A DNA stretch of 64,000 nucleotides from Dictyostelium discoideum (Eukaryota). The notes beneath the pieces are model-generated. The model was not told the DNA's origin and ran no database searches. It saw nothing but the letters and a program-made list of their open reading frames with translations. Position numbers and translations under genes: made by a program. Positions 21,002 through 35,444 of the stretch are shown piece by piece. The stretch is from contig CM000150.2 of NCBI GenBank assembly GCA_000004695.1, positions 4,859,597-4,923,596 of the forward strand, in the 5' to 3' direction. Within the stretch, counting starts at the first letter, position 1; every line of letters starts with the position of its first letter.

Positions 21002-21318
21002 TTCTTTTTCTTTTTTTTTTTTTTTTTTTTTTGCTACTAAATGTTTTTTATTTTTCTTTTTTTTCTATTATAAAAAAATAAAAATAAAATAAAAACGTTT
21101 TTTAATTAAATAATAATATAACGAATGATTTATATTTAAAATAAACTAATCTGAATTGTTGAAAAAAAAAAAAAAAAAGTGTTTGTGTGTGGGATATTGT
21201 GGAAATACAAAAAATAAAAAAAAATATAAAAAAAAATATAAAAAAAAAAAAATAAAAATAAAAATTTAAAAAAAGAGAAAATTCAAAAAAAAAAAAAAAA
21301 AAAAAAAAAAAAACAAAA

Positions 21319-21369
<51 letters not shown>

Positions 21370-21620
21370 AATAAATTAATAAATAAATAACGAACGATTA
21401 TTTTGACCATCTTTTTTTTTTTACTCTTTTTTTACTTAACATTTATTTTTTTTTGTTTATTATTTTATTTTTTATTTTTTTTTTTTTATTTTTTTTTGGA
21501 TTAAAATTTTTAATTTTTTTTTTTTTTTTAATTTTTTTTTTTTTTGAATTTTTTAAATTTTTCATTTTTTGTTCAAATATCACACTCACAGTAATCACCC
21601 ACATACATATATATAAAATC

Positions 21621-22165
21621 ATGGAAAATAGATTAACCACTAGCTCAATTGTCACTAGACCATTAACCCCAAGATATCCAGTTATTATTAAAGATCCAAC
21701 AAATAAGGATGTTATATCTAACTTTAGATTAGGTGATCATTTCTTAGCTTTAGGTGTTACAACCATCCTTACATCTGGTTATTACTATTCAACTTGTAAG
21801 TAATATGACACATCCCCCCTGTCTACTTTAATTAATTTAGTAGTTATCTAATTTAATTAATAAACTTTTATCAATTTATTATTATTATTATTATCATTAT
21901 TATTATTGAAATTACAATAAATTATGATTGACAATTATCCAAATTTTATTTTCTATGGAAAATAAAATAATAATAATCATAATAATAATCAAAAGATCTT
22001 CATAAACCATCAACTATTTTATGGGGTGCATTTATTTTACCAACTATGTACGTTTTAAGTGGTGAACGTGTTTCACAAAGATTAAAGGGTGTACAAGAAA
22101 ATCAAAAAGATTGTGCTAAATATGGTATTGAATTCACTCAAAATATAACTCCATACAATTTATAA
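21621..22165 (+). CDS. Small hypothetical protein (about 115 aa) with one predicted hydrophobic segment, 2 exons
   Basis: Exon 21621..21795 (MENRLTTSSIVTRPLTPRYPVIIKDPTNKDVISNFRLGDHFLALGVTTILTSGYYYST) ends at a GTAAGT donor in phase 1. After an intron of about 200 nt, exon 21996..22165 reads (Y)LHKPSTILWGAFILPTMYVLSGERVSQRLKGVQENQKDCAKYGIEFTQNITPYNL*. Family was not recognised. Confidence 0.45.
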
Positions 22166-22536
22166 ATTACAATACAGAAAAAAAAAAATAGTAATAATAA
22201 TAATATAAAAAAAAAAAAAAAAAAATTTCAAGTAAATAATATAAAACATAATTGGTATAATAGCATAAAAAGGAAGAAAGAAGAAAAAAAAAAAAAGAAG
22301 AAATCGAATATAAACAAAACTATTTTTTTATAGTTTTTTTTTTTTTTTTTTAATTAATTTTAAATAAACTTTTTTTTTTATAAAAAAAAAAAATAAACGA
22401 ACGAAATAGTTTTTTTTTTTTTTTTTTTTCATTTTTTATTTTTATTTTTACTTTCCTTTTTTTTTTTTTTTTTTTAACCATAACTTACGGTCTAAACAAA
22501 ATAATAATATATACAGATAAATAAAAAAAAAAAAAA

Positions 22537-23137
22537 ATGGAAAATAATGAAGTAGAAATGAATTTCGAGGATAAAAGATACCAAAGTATCCAAGAAGCAG
22601 AAAAAAAAGTTTTAGAAATGGCAAAAGTTCAACTTTTTAATAGTTTTGAATCTTTAAAAGATAAAGCAAATGAGATTACAAAATTATTTGATGATTGTGT
22701 ACCAACAATACCAACAAATAATCCTCAAATTTATACTTTGGTTACAGTTTTAAATTTATTACTTAAAAATGAATTATCAACTTTTATTGTAAGTTTTTTT
22801 TTTAAAAAAAAAAAAAAAAAAATAATAATAATGAATATTAATAGTTTTTTTAATAATTTTTAAAAAATAGGATTCAAGAAAATCAGTTTGTTTAAATGGT
22901 AATACATTATTGAATGAAATGAAATCATTTAAAGTTGAACAAGTTAGCTTTCATTGTTATTCATTATTAAAAGGATATTTTGAAAATGTTCAAGATGATG
23001 TTTTAAATTGTGATTTTGTTTATGAAGAGATTGAAAAGTATGGTCAAATTGCAATTGATCTTTATGAATGGATCGATTCAAACTTCACAATAATATCTGT
23101 TAAATATAGTGAAGATATTTATGATGAAGAAATGTAA
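22537..23137 (+). CDS. Hypothetical protein of about 175 aa, 2 exons
   Basis: Exon 22537..22789 and exon 22871..23137 are joined by a GTAAGT...AAAATAG intron in phase 0. No recognisable domain. Confidence 0.5.
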
Positions 23138-23229
23138 TATTAATTAATAAAAAAAAAAAAGAAATATTAAAAAAAAGAAATATTATTAAAAAACTATAAT
23201 TATATTTGTTTTTGTTTTAAAAATTAAAT

Positions 23230-24669
23230 TTATTTTTCATCAATTGATTGATTTTCATTTTCTTTATTGTTTGATTGTTTTGCAGATTTCTTTTCTTCTA
23301 AAGTTTTATAATATTCCATACTTTGATCATAGAATTGATTTGGATGATTAATTAATTTTGTTAAAGTATTATTTGGATGAAGAAAATTGAAATGTTTTGT
23401 ACAAGCTACATTTGGAGAAGTTTTGGTTGCTTCAAGGATTTGAATTCTTTGGAAATCATCAATACCTAAATCCAAGAGTTTTTGTTCCAATCTCTCTAAA
23501 CTTTGTATATAAGGACAACCATGAACTAGTTTATCACCATTGTGAGGTGATTTTGAGATGATTCTAGGACAAGAGTATGGTGAATAATTTGTGGATTTAC
23601 CTTCTAACCCATAGTTATGACGAATGTTATAAAGATATTCCTTATCGAAATCAGTGTTTGAAACTCTCTTTGAGAAGGCAATTCTCCAAAAGTTGATAGC
23701 TTCATCATAGGGTAAACCAATACCCTTTAAAAAAGTTCCAAATTGTAAACGACCTTCATATTTAAGTGAACTAGTCTCAACCAATGAATCATACATTACC
23801 CTCATACACATTGGGAAAGATGTCTTTGATAATGGTGATACATCTTCCTTTCTAATATGTTTGGTATTTCCAAGTTGTGGTTTATTTGTACCATCACCTG
23901 CTTTTGGTAAGGTTGTAAAGAATTGAATTAACTCTGGAAACTCTTCTTTTATACGAGTTTTATCGGCTTTAATACGATCCAATGCAAAGTTCATATAGTT
24001 TTTAAATGTATGTATAACCATATCTTTAAAATTTGAAATATATATATATGCTTCACCTTTAATAATAATTGCTTTCTTTGTATCAATTAATTTTGGTATA
24101 TCTTGAAATGGTAACTTTTAAAATAAATATTATTAAATAAATTGTTCATTAATACCATCATCATCATCATCATCATCACACCCACCACAACAACCATCAC
24201 CAATAATAATAAATAAACAAATTAAATTAAAATACTTACTTTATAGAAATGAGTATTATTTACTTCATTTAAATTTAAATTTGCCTTCTTTACTAAATAA
24301 CCTAAATCATCTTGATATTGTTCATATTCTTCTTGTGAAACTGGTGACCAACCAAATCCTTTGAATGATGATATTATTGTTGTTAAATCTGATTGATTTA
24401 ATCTATTTGCTAATAATATTGACTCTGTTGTGATAAACCAATTCCTATCAGTCGAGTCACACATTGCCAATCTAAGACAATAATGTGATAATTCATCTTT
24501 AATCTTAAATTGTTCATCTTTAGTTGAGCCTAAAAATCTGCTTGATAAATTACGAAAATCTTCATTATCCTTACTTGTATTGGATTTTTGTGCTGAAAGT
24601 GTATCTTTTAATTTTGATACCTCATTTAATACTAAAAAACAATAATTTAAATAATATTAAAGAATTTTA

Positions 24670-24700
<31 letters not shown>

Positions 24701-24876
24701 TTTATTAAGAAATTATTATTGAATTTGGGTTGATACTTACAATTAAATCTATCTATACAATAGTTTTCAATTTGCGACATATTGCAATTGAAATCTGGAA
24801 CATTTATATATAATAAACTACAAGCATCATTTGATGTAGATGTTTGGCTATTTGTTTTTTTACCTGCTCTTAACAT
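23230..24876 (-). CDS. prim2: DNA primase large subunit (PRIM2/Pri2), 3 exons, about 470 aa
   Basis: Minus-strand exons 24741..24876, 24240..24631 and 23230..24114. The motifs SHYCLRLAMCDSTDRNWF, FPMCMRVMYDSL, GRLQFGTFLKGIGLPYDEAINFWR, YLYNIRHNYGLEGKSTNYSPYSCPRII, HGCPY and ACTKHFNFLHP...NHPNQF match the conserved PRIM2 4Fe-4S-cluster domain (human [68 protein letters not shown]). Confidence 0.9.
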
Positions 24877-24917
24877 TCTCTTTTTAATTAAGTATTATTG
24901 GATTAAAATAAAAAATG

Positions 24918-24948
<31 letters not shown>

Positions 24949-24953
24949 TTTTC

Positions 24954-24991
<38 letters not shown>

Positions 24992-25440
24992 GCCACCCGA
25001 AACATATTATTTATATTTTTAAATTTATTTTTGTTTTTTTAATTTATTTTTTTATTTATTTAATATCATTATTTTTATTTTTTTTTTTTTTCAATCTATC
25101 ACCCAAATCAATACAATGAAAAAATATTGGCAATAATTTTTATAAACAAAAAAAAAAAAAAGAACAAATGGTATTTATTTGGAAAAAAAAAAAAAAATTT
25201 TAAAAAAAAAAAAAAAACTTTACATGAATATGAAATTTGGATCAAAATGGCTATGAAGTTTCAAAATTTGTCGAAAAAAAAAAAAATTAAAAAAAAAAAA
25301 ATTTTCATTTTTTTTTGAATTTTTTGAAAAAAAAAAAAAAAAAATGAAAAATTAAAAAAAAAAAAAAAAAGAACAGATAGTCTCCACCAAACGATATTTA
25401 TATACATCCAATATATTTTTATATATTGAATTAAAATTTT

Positions 25441-27385
25441 AAAAAAAGAATGTCAAACAAGGTATTAATGATTGATGGTGATCGTATCAGTGGTAATGAA
25501 GTTAGAGCACAAAATGGTAAATAATTCAACTTTTTTTTTTTTCTTTTCTTCAACCACAATATTAATTTTTTTTTCTTTAAAACACCCACAACCAACATTT
25601 TGAATAAATTTTCTTTTTTATTTATTTTTCAACTACAAAAACAATCATAAATAATATTTTAATTAACTTTAAATCAAATATAATGAAAAATCAAACAATA
25701 ATATGAAAAATCAAACAATAATCATTGTCAATTATTATTATTTTTTTACATAAATTTTTATTTTTTTATTTTTTTATTTTTTTATTTTTTTTAATAATTT
25801 TATAGTTTTAGCAGTTACAGCAATTGCAAATATAGTTAAAACATCATTTGGACCAATTGGTTTAGATAAAATGTTAATTGATAATATTGGATCAATTGTT
25901 GTTACCAATGATGGTGCAACCATTTTACAAAAGATTGATATAGAACATCCAGCAGCAAAGATTTTAGTACAATTATCAGAATTGCAAGATCAAGAAGTTG
26001 GTGATGGTACAACTACAGTTGTAATTTTAGCAGCAGAATTATTGAAACGTGCCAATGAATTGGTAGCACGTAAAGTACATCCAACAGTTATTATTAGTGG
26101 TTTTAGATTAGCATGTACAGAAGCAATCAAATATATCAACGAAACATTAGCAGTTAAAGTTGAAACCTTACCAAAGGATTTCATTGTAAACATTGCCAAG
26201 ACATCAATGTCATCAAAGACCATCAATGACGATAGTGATTTCTTTTCAAAGATTGTCATTGAGGCAATCACTCGTGTGAAAACCATCGATTACAAAGGTG
26301 ACGTAAAATATCCAATCAATGCCATCAACATTTTGAAAGCCCACGGAAAGAGTGCAAAAGAGAGTACCCTCGTCGAAGGTTATGCCCTCAATTGTACAGT
26401 CGCTTCCGAAGGTATGCCAAAACGTATTCAAGGTGCTAAAATCGCATTTTTAGATTTCAATTTAGCAAAGACCAAAATGAAATTGGGTCAAAAGGTTGTC
26501 GTAACCAATGTAAATGATCTCGAAGCAATCAGAGATAGAGAGAATGACATTGTAAAGGAACGTATCTCACTTATCATTAAATCTGGTGCAAATGTTGTAC
26601 TCACCACCAAAGGTATCGATGATTTATGTTTGAAATACTTTGTTGAAGCTGGTTGTATGGCCGTTCGTCGTTGTAAAAAAGAAGATCTTAAACGTATCGC
26701 CAAATCATGTGGTGGTACAGTCTTAATCACACTTGCAAATCTCGAGGGTGAAGAATCATTTGATACCACCGCCTTGGGTATTGCCGATGAAGTTGTTCAA
26801 GATAGATTGGCCGATGATGAATTAATCATTGTCAAAAACTCAAATAAGAAATCAGCTTCAATCATTCTTCGTGGTGCCAATGAATTAATGTTGGATGAAA
26901 TGGAACGTTCCATTCATGACTCTCTCTGTATCGTAAAGAGAACTTTAGAATCTGGAACCATTGTTCCAGGTGGTGGTGCAGTTGAATCTGCCCTCTCTAT
27001 CTATCTCGATAATATTGCCGCCACAATGGGTAGTCGTAAACAATTAGCAATCTCTGAATTTGCTGAATCCCTCTTGGTTGTACCAAAACAATTGGCTGTA
27101 AATGCTGCTCTTGATGCCTCTGATTTAGTTTCAAAATTAAAAGCCTATCATCATGCCGCTCAAACTGATCCATCAAAGAAATCTTACGCATACTCTGGTC
27201 TCGATTTATTCAATAACAAAGTTAGAAATAATTTAGAGGCTGGTGTTTTAGAACCTGCCATTGCCAAAATCAAATGTATCAAATTTGCAACTGAAAGCGC
27301 TATCACCATCCTTCGTATCGATGATAAAATCACTCTTAATCCAAGAGAACAACAAGGTGGTGATCATGAAGGTCATGGACATTAA
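25441..27385 (+). CDS. tcp1: T-complex protein 1 subunit alpha (CCT1/TCP-1 alpha chaperonin), 2 exons, about 548 aa
   Basis: Exon 1 25441..25507 (MSNKVLMIDGDRISGNEVRAQN) ends at a GTAAAT donor in phase 1. Exon 2 25806..27385 is near-collinear with TCP-1 alpha over the full length (GPIGLDKMLIDNIGSIVVTNDGATIL, EVGDGTTTVVILAAELL, NILKAHGKS, VPGGGAVE, TILRIDD). It shares a 560-bp divergent promoter region with prim2. Confidence 0.95.
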
Positions 27386-27854
27386 AAAAAAAAAAAAAAA
27401 TAAAAAAATAAAAAAAAAAAAAAATAAAAAATAATATGATAACAAAAAAAAAAAAAAATATTAAAAAAAAAATAAAAAAAAAAAATTAAATAAATAAAAA
27501 AATAAACATAAATATGTATACCATTTTTTATTATTTTTTTTTTTATTATATTTTTTCTAATGATTTAAATGAATTAAGGGAACACTGTTTTTTTTTTTTT
27601 TAATCATAAAATTAAACCACCATGTTTAAGTGTCAAAAATATCTTTTTTTATTTTTTATTTTTATTTTTTTTTTATTTTTTTTTTTCAAATATAAAAAAT
27701 TCCGACTTTTTTTTTTATTTTTTTTTTTTTTTTTCTTCAATTTTTTATTACACACAACCAATTTAAAAAAAAAAAAAAAAAGAAACAAAAAAAAAAAAAA
27801 AAAGAAATTTATTTATTTTTTTATTTTTTGTTTTAAGCATGTATCAAAAAAGAT

Positions 27855-28073
27855 ATGGATTTGGATTATAGTAGTGACAATTCGAGATTAGTAGCTGACA
27901 ACCAAAACAATAAAACCAACACAAAAAATCAATCACAGCTATCTACATCTTCACAAATACCACAAACATCACAATCATATCAACAACAACAACAACACAA
28001 TCAACAACAACAACAACAACAACAACAAAAACAAAACTCACGACCTTCAAGCCCAAAAACGATTCAAGCAAAG

Positions 28074-28137
<64 letters not shown>

Positions 28138-28431
28138 GAGCAACAATATCTCACCCTCCAACATCCCAATCAAATGAAGATCTTTCAAGCTCTGCAGAGA
28201 TTCACCACGATGATTCGGCACAATTAAATTCTAATATATTTGAGAATTTAGGCTTCGTTATTGATATTACTATAAATTTAAAGAGGAAGATGGAATTGGT
28301 TAAAATAATTAAAAAAAATGGAGGCAAAAGTTGTTATTCTTGTACAAAGGTATGTTTTTATTATTATTTTATTACTTTTTTTTTTTTTTTTTTAACAACA
28401 CTAATCTTTTATTATTATTATTATTTTATTA

Positions 28432-28466
<35 letters not shown>

Positions 28467-29146
28467 GCTACTCACTTAATTACAACTAAACAAGGGTATC
28501 TAGAAAAAACACAAAAAGTAACACAAGCAATATCACTAGGTATACCTATTTTAGTAAAAGAGTATGTTCATTATTGTGCTTTTAAAAAGGAATTACTCGG
28601 AGTAGAAAATTATTTGGTTTCTTCTTTAATTTTGGTATGTTTATTTTTTTTATTCTCATATTTATTATTTTCCTTTTTAATTTCTGACTTTTTTTTTTTA
28701 TTTTTTTTATACCTTAATATAGAATCCCACATCTACAACATTAAATAGTTCTCAAGATTTAATTGAAAAACCAAATGAAGAGGAACCTCAAAATGGAACA
28801 ATCAATGAACAACCAATAGCAATGACAATCGATAATACTTTGGAAAGTAATAAACCAATAGAAACAATACAGCCTTCATCTTTAGAAAAACAGGAACCAA
28901 AAGAAACTGAATTACAAACACAACAACAGCCACAAACAGAGTTAAAATCAGAATTAGAACCACAACAACTTCAATTAATACAAGAAAAAGATAAAAATAT
29001 AAACAATTTATCAATTGATTCAAATCATATGGATACATCGAAAATAGAAGCAGGCAATAATATTTCAAATCAAACCCAATCGAATATTATAAGCTCTGTA
29101 GTTCAAACAATTGAACCTCTTAAAGAATGTAACAAGATCGATCTTG

Positions 29147-29239
<93 letters not shown>

Positions 29240-30330
29240 GTAGTAGTAATAATAAAAATAAAAATAATGTAGATGAAGCACAAGAAGGATTAAATATAAA
29301 TAGTGTAATGGATGTTCATTTAACATCATCGACATCATCAACTTTATCATCATCAGATAATCAAGACAATGAATTATTGAGAGATGAGGGTACAACACCT
29401 AAATCTAAAAAGAAATTCTCACAAAAAAAGAATCATCTTTTAAATTTAAAGAAAAGTTATCAAGATCCAGAGATTATAGCACACTCAAGACCAAGAAAAA
29501 GTAGTGGTGGTGTTTCTTTGGTAGAGGCACTATCAGATCATGCAAATTATATTTCAAATTTAGATGGTTTTAAATATTATGCCAGAGCTAATAAGAGTAG
29601 TCTAAATAGTAATGCTACTACATCAGGAGGCAATAATAGATCAATCAAATTAAACGAGTATAAATATGATGATGAAGAGGAAGATGAAGAAGATGAGGAT
29701 GAAGAAGATGAAGAAGAGGATGAAGAAGAGGAGGAGGAGGAGGAGGAGGAAGAAGAAGATTATGATGATGAGGATTTAAATGATGAGGAAAGTGATGAAG
29801 ATGATTTTGATAGTGATGAAGATGTTTCAAGATTTATTAAAGGAAAGTTATTACAAAAACAACAGAAAATCTATAAAGATTTAGAAAGATTCGAGCATTC
29901 TCGTCAGCAGCAACATCATCACCACCAATCAAGTCAAGTCAATAGTTCAAAACCAAGATCTAGATCACATTCTAGAGATTATATCGAAAGTGAAATTGCC
30001 AAATATCTCCTCAATAATAGTGAGAAACAAATACCTTTATCACCAACAAAGAAGAGATCATTATCAAATCAATTTCACCAAGATGGAGGTAATAATACCA
30101 CCGATGGTAACTTGTTTAATAATTTTAGTACCAATGGAGGAGGTAATAGAACAAATATTGATGATTCCATAAAACAATCAATATTGGAATCACCATCATC
30201 ATCATCACTCAAATCTAGTAAAAGTAAAAAATCAAAAAAACCATTCTTACCTCCACTTTCGACATTAGTTCATATCTTAGTTACTTTTATCATTCTTAGT
30301 GCATTTTTTATGTCTTTACCCTCAAATTAA
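27855..30330 (+). CDS. BRCT-domain protein with long poly-N/Q, acidic low-complexity regions and a C-terminal hydrophobic tail anchor, 3 exons, about 756 aa
   Basis: Exons 27855..28349, 28467..28634 and 28723..30330 (GTATGT donors, phase 0). A BRCT fold is suggested by FENLGFVIDITINLKRKMELVKIIKKNGGKSCYSCTK|ATHLITTKQGYLEKTQKVTQAISLGIPILVKEYVHYCAFKKELLGVENYL, split by intron 1. The C-terminus PPLSTLVHILVTFIILSAFFMSLPSN is a single TM-like tail. Confidence 0.65.
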
Positions 30331-30345
30331 AAATGTAAAATTAAT

Positions 30346-30391
<46 letters not shown>

Positions 30392-30755
30392 AAAAAAAAA
30401 AAATATCCACATATAACCAATAAAAAAAAATCTCTTTCCCCAAATTAAATATCTTTTTTTATCACATTATTTTAATTTATTTTTTTTTTATTTTTTTTAT
30501 TTTTTTATTTTTTTATTTTTTGGTTTTGAGGACAGGAAAAGTGCGTTGAAATTTATTTTTGATTTTTTTTTTTTTTTTTAGTTTTTTTTTTTTTAGTTTT
30601 TTTTTTTTTTTTATTTTCTTTTCGTTGAATTTAATAACCAATCAAAAAAACAAAACAATTTAGTAATATATAATAAATAAAATATAATAAATTAAATATA
30701 ATAAATAAAATATAAAAGGAAAAGAAAAAAAAAAAAAAAATTAAAAAATTAAAAA

Positions 30756-31620
30756 ATGGGAAACCAACAAAGTTCTGGAATTGAAGGATCAAAACCAATT
30801 TCAGCATTTTATTATAATAATATTAGTACAGTGATATCAAGGGATGGATTTTATTTTTTTAATAATCAAAGTCAAAGATTTGAATCATCTAAAAGACCAA
30901 TTACATTTGTAATTTATGATGAAGAAGGAAATCAATTTATAACAGGAGAAGATGATTTTTTCATTCGTTTATATAATGAAGATGGTACATATATTAAACA
31001 ATTACCAAATTTACAATCAAATATAACAACAGATGTAATTGCAATTTCACATCAAGATTTTATTCGTGTTTTATTTCCAATTAGAAATATTGATTTCCAT
31101 CAAATAAATTCAAATTCAAATAATAGTAATACAATGTTATTATCAGGTGGTATGGATGGAACAATTAGATTATGGCAAGTTGAAACAGGTAGTTTATTAG
31201 CAGTATATAATCAAGATATTTCAAAAGTAACCATGAATGGTATTATCGATACAACATCAGCAGGAATTACAGCATTAACATTTGATCCAACCAATTTATT
31301 AGTTATATCTGGTACATCCGATGGTATAGTTCGTAAACATTCACTAAGAGAACGTGTTATAATGGGTACTTTTATTGGTCATAGTAGAGGTGCAATTTTA
31401 AATTTATTACTCACAAAACATGGTCATCTTTTATCATCTTCAATGGATAGAACTATAAGACTTTGGGATATTGATTCAGGTAAACAAATAACTGGTTGTA
31501 AATATTTCTCTCAAACTATGGTTTATGATCATCATAGAGATATTGTTTTCGCTGCTTCTGATACTGGTACAATAGCTGTAATTCAAATTGTTAAAGATTT
31601 AAATAATTCTTGTATGTATA

Positions 31621-31661
<41 letters not shown>

Positions 31662-32015
31662 TTTATATAATTGATTAACTTTTTTTTATTTATTTTTTAT
31701 TCATAGGGTCATTAAAAAAGATAAAAGTATTAGATTTAAAGAAACCAGCGATTTTACATTTACATTATAATACATATGTTGATCAATTAACGGTTACATC
31801 AATTGAAACTAATATTGCAAGTGTTCAAAATGCAACAGGTATACCATTTGAATCTGTTGAAAATGATTATAAAAAACAAGTTAATCTTGTTCAAGGATTA
31901 TGGGAAACAACAAATAATAGATTAACAATTACACCTTCACAATCTAATAATTCTTTAGCAAAATCACAATCAATTAATAATCAATTAAATCAATCAACAA
32001 CATCAACAATCAATC

Positions 32016-32081
<66 letters not shown>

Positions 32082-32145
32082 ATGAAGATGAGTTTGAAGA
32101 TGAATATATTGATAACCAAATAAAAGAAAAACAACAACAACTACT

Positions 32146-32179
<34 letters not shown>

Positions 32180-34933
32180 AATGAAGAAGAACCAATTGAA
32201 GATTATATATTTTCAAATGAAATTTCAAGTGAATTAACAGAAGAATTTATTCAATTATCAATTGAAGAATTAAAAAATATAAAATTAACAAATATGATTG
32301 AAAATACATTAAATAGTGATCAAATGATATTAATTGATAGGTTAAAACAATTGGAATTTTTAGGTAATGAATTATTTGAACATCAAAGTTCACAAGAGGA
32401 AAAAGAATATAATGAAGCAAGAAAGTTAAAATATGTAAATGGTTTAACACAATTCCAAGATTCAATTGAGGAAATGTCAGAAGATTATGTATCTTGTATG
32501 AGAATGTTAATTAAAACCAATGATGCTGATATTGTATTAGATACTGATAATTGCAAAGATATTAAAATCAGATCATTGGAACAAAAGAGAATGGAAATTC
32601 TTGAACGTCATCGTTTAGAGTTGGAACAATTCCAAGGGGAAGTTGATAGGGAGCTATCGGTATTCTCTGATCAACAATTACCATTGATAACAAAGAAAGT
32701 TGCAAATGAATGTTTTGAAAATAAAAAGAGATTATTAAATTCTCAAGAATCAATTGAAAAATCAATTCAAACTTATCTATCAAATACTTTTCCAGCTGTT
32801 AATCAACGTTATCATTTGGGTCCATTAATTTCAGAGAATTCAACAACAGTTTTTCGTGCTTTCGATTGTAAATCTTTAATTCCAGTTGCTGTTAAAGTTT
32901 TACCACCTGTAGCTTTAAATATACCTGTACATGAAAATTTAACAAAAGTTTATCAAGTTTGTCAAACACCACAATCAATCTATGTCATTATGGAACCTTC
33001 AACTACAAGTTTAAAACCATTAGTTGAATCAATGGATCAACATCAATTACCAATTTCAATGGTAATTTCAATTATGAAACAACTTTTACAATGTCTTTTA
33101 TTTTTACATTCATCAAGTTTAGTTTATCGTGATTTAAATCCATCAAGAGTTTTATTAACTACCACCACCACCACTGCTAATGATGATGTTGATTGTGAAC
33201 TACAACAACAACAACAACAACAAGTAAAAGTTAAATTAACTCATTTTGGTATAATGAGATCATTACAAGGTAATGTTGATTCAGAACCAGCTGAAGATGG
33301 TATGATTTATGGTTCACCAGAAATTTTTGGTAGAGTAATTAATACTGAATCCGATATTTGGTCTTTGGGTGTAATTTTCATTTATCTTTTACAAACAAAA
33401 CAAGAAAGAACAAAACCATTATTCCATGGCCACAATAATAAATCTGTAATTGAAAGTATTGTTAAAATCGTTGGTAGACCTTTCCAAAAGGATATTGATA
33501 GAATGATTGCAAATGGTAATATGACATCTGATGCAATTCAATTACTTCAATATGCAGCAAGTTTACCTGTACCATTTGAAGATTCTATTGATAATTTAAG
33601 ATCACATTGTTCATTAGCTTCTGATTCCGCTTTGGATCTTTTAACTCAAATGTTACAATTTGTACCACATAAAAGAATTTCAATTGAACAAGCTTTATCT
33701 CATCCATTCATTTTAAATTTACCAAAACAACAACAACAACAACAACAACAAAAACAACAACAACAACAGCAACAACAACAACAACAAGAAATAATCCCTA
33801 AAGATGATTCCTTAACAGATATTAGTAGTAATAAACAAGAAACTGTAGTTTATGATGCTAATATTCAAATTAATCAAGAGGATTTAATTTCTAAAATAAA
33901 AGAGAATGAAATTCAAAAAGAAATTGATTTCAAAGAAAATCAAATTAATGAAGAAATTAAAGAAGATGTTAAGGAGGAGATAGAAGAAGATATTAAAGAA
34001 GAAATCAAAGAAGAAATCAAAGAAGAAAGTAAAGAGGTTCAAGAAGAGGCTAAAGAGGAGATTAAAGAAGAAATCCAAATAGAGACACAAGAAGTTAAAG
34101 AGGAGATTAAAGAAGAAGTCCAAGTGGAGATTAAGGAGGAGAAGATTAAAGAGGAGATTAAAGAGGAGATTAAAGAAGAAACTCAGGAGGAGATTAAAGA
34201 AGAAAATAAAGATGAAATCCAAGAGACAATTAAAGAAGAGGTTCAAGTAGAGATTAAAGAGGAAATAAAAGAAGAAACTCAAGAGGAGATAAAAGAAATT
34301 CTAAATGAAGTCCAAGTTAAAGAAGAGGTCAAAGAAGAAATCCAAGAAGAAGTTAGTCAAGAAACCCTAAGTGAAATCCAAGAAGAAGTTAAAGAAGAAA
34401 TCCAAGAAGATATAAAAGAAGAAGTTAAAGAAGAAATCCAAAATGAAATCAGAGAAGAAATCCAAAATGAAATCAGAGAAGAAATCAAAGAAGAAATCAA
34501 AAAAGTTAGTGAAGAAATTCAAAATGAAATCCAAGAAGAAGTTAAAGAAGAAATCCAAAATGAAATCCAAGAAGAACAACAAGATACAATTAAGGAAGAA
34601 ATCCAAGAAATTAAACAAGAAATAATTTCCGAAAGAGATACAAATCAAGAAGGAGAAATTAGTGATACAATTGTTTCAGATTCGAAAGAAGCAGACTCTA
34701 TAATAGAAGGACCAGTTACTTTAGAAAGGGATAATAAAAATGCAAGTGATCATGATGATGAGCAACAATTTGTAGAGGAAGAAATTGAAGTAGAGGAAGA
34801 AATTGAAGTAGAGGAGGAGATTGAAGTAGAAGAAGAAATTGAAGTGGAGGAGGAGATTGAAGTAGAAGAGGAGATTGAAGTAGAAGAAGAAATTCAAGTA
34901 GAAGATGATACCGATAAATCAAATGATTTTTAA
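30756..34933 (+). CDS. N-myristoylation-signal (MGNQQSS) WD40-repeat protein fused to a C-terminal protein kinase domain and an acidic E/K/I-rich repeat tail of about 350 aa; 2 exons, about 1360 aa
   Basis: Exon 30756..31611 and exon 31707..34933 are joined by a GTATGT...TCATAG intron (phase 1, restoring a Trp codon). WD40 signatures include GGMDGTIRLWQV and SSSMDRTIRLWDI. The kinase domain has AVKVL, VYRDLNPSRVLL, HFGIMRSL, GSPEIF and SDIWSLGVIF. The tail is (EEIKEE[VI]Q)n plus seven EEEIEV units. Confidence 0.8.
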
Positions 34934-35032
34934 GAAAACATTTATAAAATAAAAAATAAATGTTAAGATGATTGGTTTTTTTTTTTTTTTCTATATACAA
35001 AATTTTTTTTTTTTTTTTTATTATTACTTTTT

Positions 35033-35444
35033 TTATTTCTTTACAGTTGGTGTCGAACCTATATAATTAAAATCATCATCAAAACAATCATTTAAAATTG
35101 ATTCATGGTCTTGTCCAGATTTACTTTTTGCCCTCACTAAAAATAAATATTAAATTAGTTTTTAAAAAAAAAAATAATAATAATAATAATAATAAAAATA
35201 ATAATAACTTACATTCATGAAAATCATTCATTGATTTTAATTCTTCTTCACCTTGTTTAAGAAGGTTTTCAATTGTTTCGAAATCTTTTTGGTGAATTTC
35301 TTTATTTGATCTAAATTTTAATTTAATATATGATTCCATCATCATTTGATTCTGATATTTTGGACACCTTTTTGCTGAATATAAACATCTTTTATATAAA
35401 TCTAAAACAAGTCTTTTATTTTCTTTTATAATTTTAGATGACAT
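35033..35444 (-). CDS. LYR-motif (Complex1_LYR family) small mitochondrial-type protein, 2 exons, about 112 aa
   Basis: Minus-strand exons 35213..35444 and 35033..35136. LDLYKRCLYSAKRCPKYQNQMMMESYIKLKFRSN is a classic LYR/LYRM motif region. Donor GTAAGT, acceptor TTTTAG. Exact acceptor position is uncertain by 1 nt or less. Confidence 0.6.
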
